From Chiloscyllium plagiosum (taxonomy: Eukaryota), in contig NC_057749.1 of assembly GCF_004010195.1 (NCBI RefSeq), positions 12,364,833 through 12,387,614 of the forward strand: a stretch of 22,782 bases of DNA, given 5' to 3'. The notes below the pieces were generated by a model, which was given only the letters and a program-made list of their open reading frames with translations, made no database searches and was not told where the DNA came from. Below are positions 22,305 through 22,782 of this stretch, in pieces; the stretch's first letter is position 1; every line of letters starts with the position of its first letter. The position numbers were made by a program, and so were the translations under genes.

Positions 22305-22404
22305 CTTCCAAATAAACCTGTTGGACCAGACCTTGGTGTTGGGTGATTTTTAACTTGTCCACCCCAGTCCAACACTAGCTCCTGCACATCCTGGATCATT
22401 CAGT

Positions 22405-22537
22405 CAGAGCTCAGGCCTGAGCAGCGCCTAGGCCCCGTCACCACGGTAACGGGCAGCAGGCAGTGCGCAGGCGCAGAGGATCGCGGGCGAGTTTCCGGTC
22501 GGGCACCGGCTTCGGGAGGGTTCAGCCGCTCAGCGCC
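22405..22537 (+). promoter_or_regulatory. CpG-rich TATA-less promoter/5' UTR with RFX X-box, NRF1 and ETS motifs
   Basis: GTCACCACGGTAAC at 22437-22450 fits GTNRCC(N0-3)RGYAAC. TGCGCAGGCGCA at 22464-22475 is NRF1-like. TTTCCGGT at 22492-22499 is an ETS core on the minus strand. GC and CpG rise sharply from here to the window end. Confidence 0.7.
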
Positions 22538-22752
22538 ATGTGGAGAACCGCCGCGGTGGCGGCACTGCTGGCCATCACTCTCCACCTGCTCATCTCCTAT
22601 TACCCGATGGATACTCCTGTGGAGGCCGTGCGAATCCTGTCCGATTACCTGTTCGGCCAGAGGGTGGTGCGGGAGCCCGAGGAGCTGGTGGCTGAGGCCT
22701 GGGACTCGCTCATCAGAGCACCGAGCAATGGCTGGAGCAGAGTGGCTGTAGG
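22538..22752 (+). CDS. ADPGK: ADP-dependent glucokinase family, first coding exon (continues beyond window)
   Basis: GCCATG Kozak start. Hydrophobic N-terminus MWRTAAVAALLAITLHLLISYY. AEAWDSLIRAPSNGWSRVAVG matches the recalled human ADPGK segment AAAWDALIVRPVRRWRRVAVG. Splice donor GG|GTGAGG at 22752/22753 (phase 2), so the TGA at 22754 is intronic. Could be the adpgk2 paralogue. Confidence 0.87.
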
Positions 22753-22782
22753 GTGAGGGGAGGAGCGACGGAGAGAGGGGGG

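Larger units (their letters stand above)
19177..22391 (+). mobile_element. Non-coding Penelope-like element with inverted terminal copies, hosting a Tx1-like LINE and a SINE
   Basis: 84-bp inverted repeats at 19177-19260 and 22271-22354, each with CTGATGA...GAAAGCTA and AATAAA. Flanking direct repeat TGAATCATTCAGT (19166-19178) / TGGATCATTCAGT (22392-22404). The body is continuous across the two nested insertions. Confidence 0.75.

Noticed and set aside
22463..22756. 97-aa single-exon ORF with upstream GTG start
   Set aside because: The Kozak ATG at 22538 and the donor at 22753 explain it as exon 1; the stop lies in the intron.

Overview
Eukaryotic genomic DNA, most likely from a cartilaginous fish (shark). 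This is inferred from an HE1-type V-SINE, HER1/CR1-type LINE tails, Tx1-like LINEs and Penelope-like termini. Positions 1-13980 are a diverged 73-bp tandem satellite with monomer subtypes, a ~2.8-kb higher-order duplication and a 1.5-kb non-satellite island (11505-13011). The monomer appears to contain the reverse complement of a CR1 LINE 3' tail. It abuts a 40-bp C/A-rich satellite (13981-15579), which runs into a 500-N scaffold gap (15580-16079). After the gap is a nest of dead retroelements: a possible LTR, Tx1-like LINE fragments (one apparently 5'-inverted), a CR1 fragment, and Penelope-like remnants carrying hammerhead-ribozyme core motifs. A 3.2-kb TSD-flanked Penelope-like element (19177-22391) contains a Tx1-like RT pseudogene and an HE1 SINE. 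It sits directly upstream of a CpG-rich promoter (X-box, NRF1 and ETS motifs) and coding exon 1 of an ADP-dependent glucokinase (ADPGK-family) gene, the only host gene recognised. All alignments were done by eye; family names come from recalled consensus features, not database searches.
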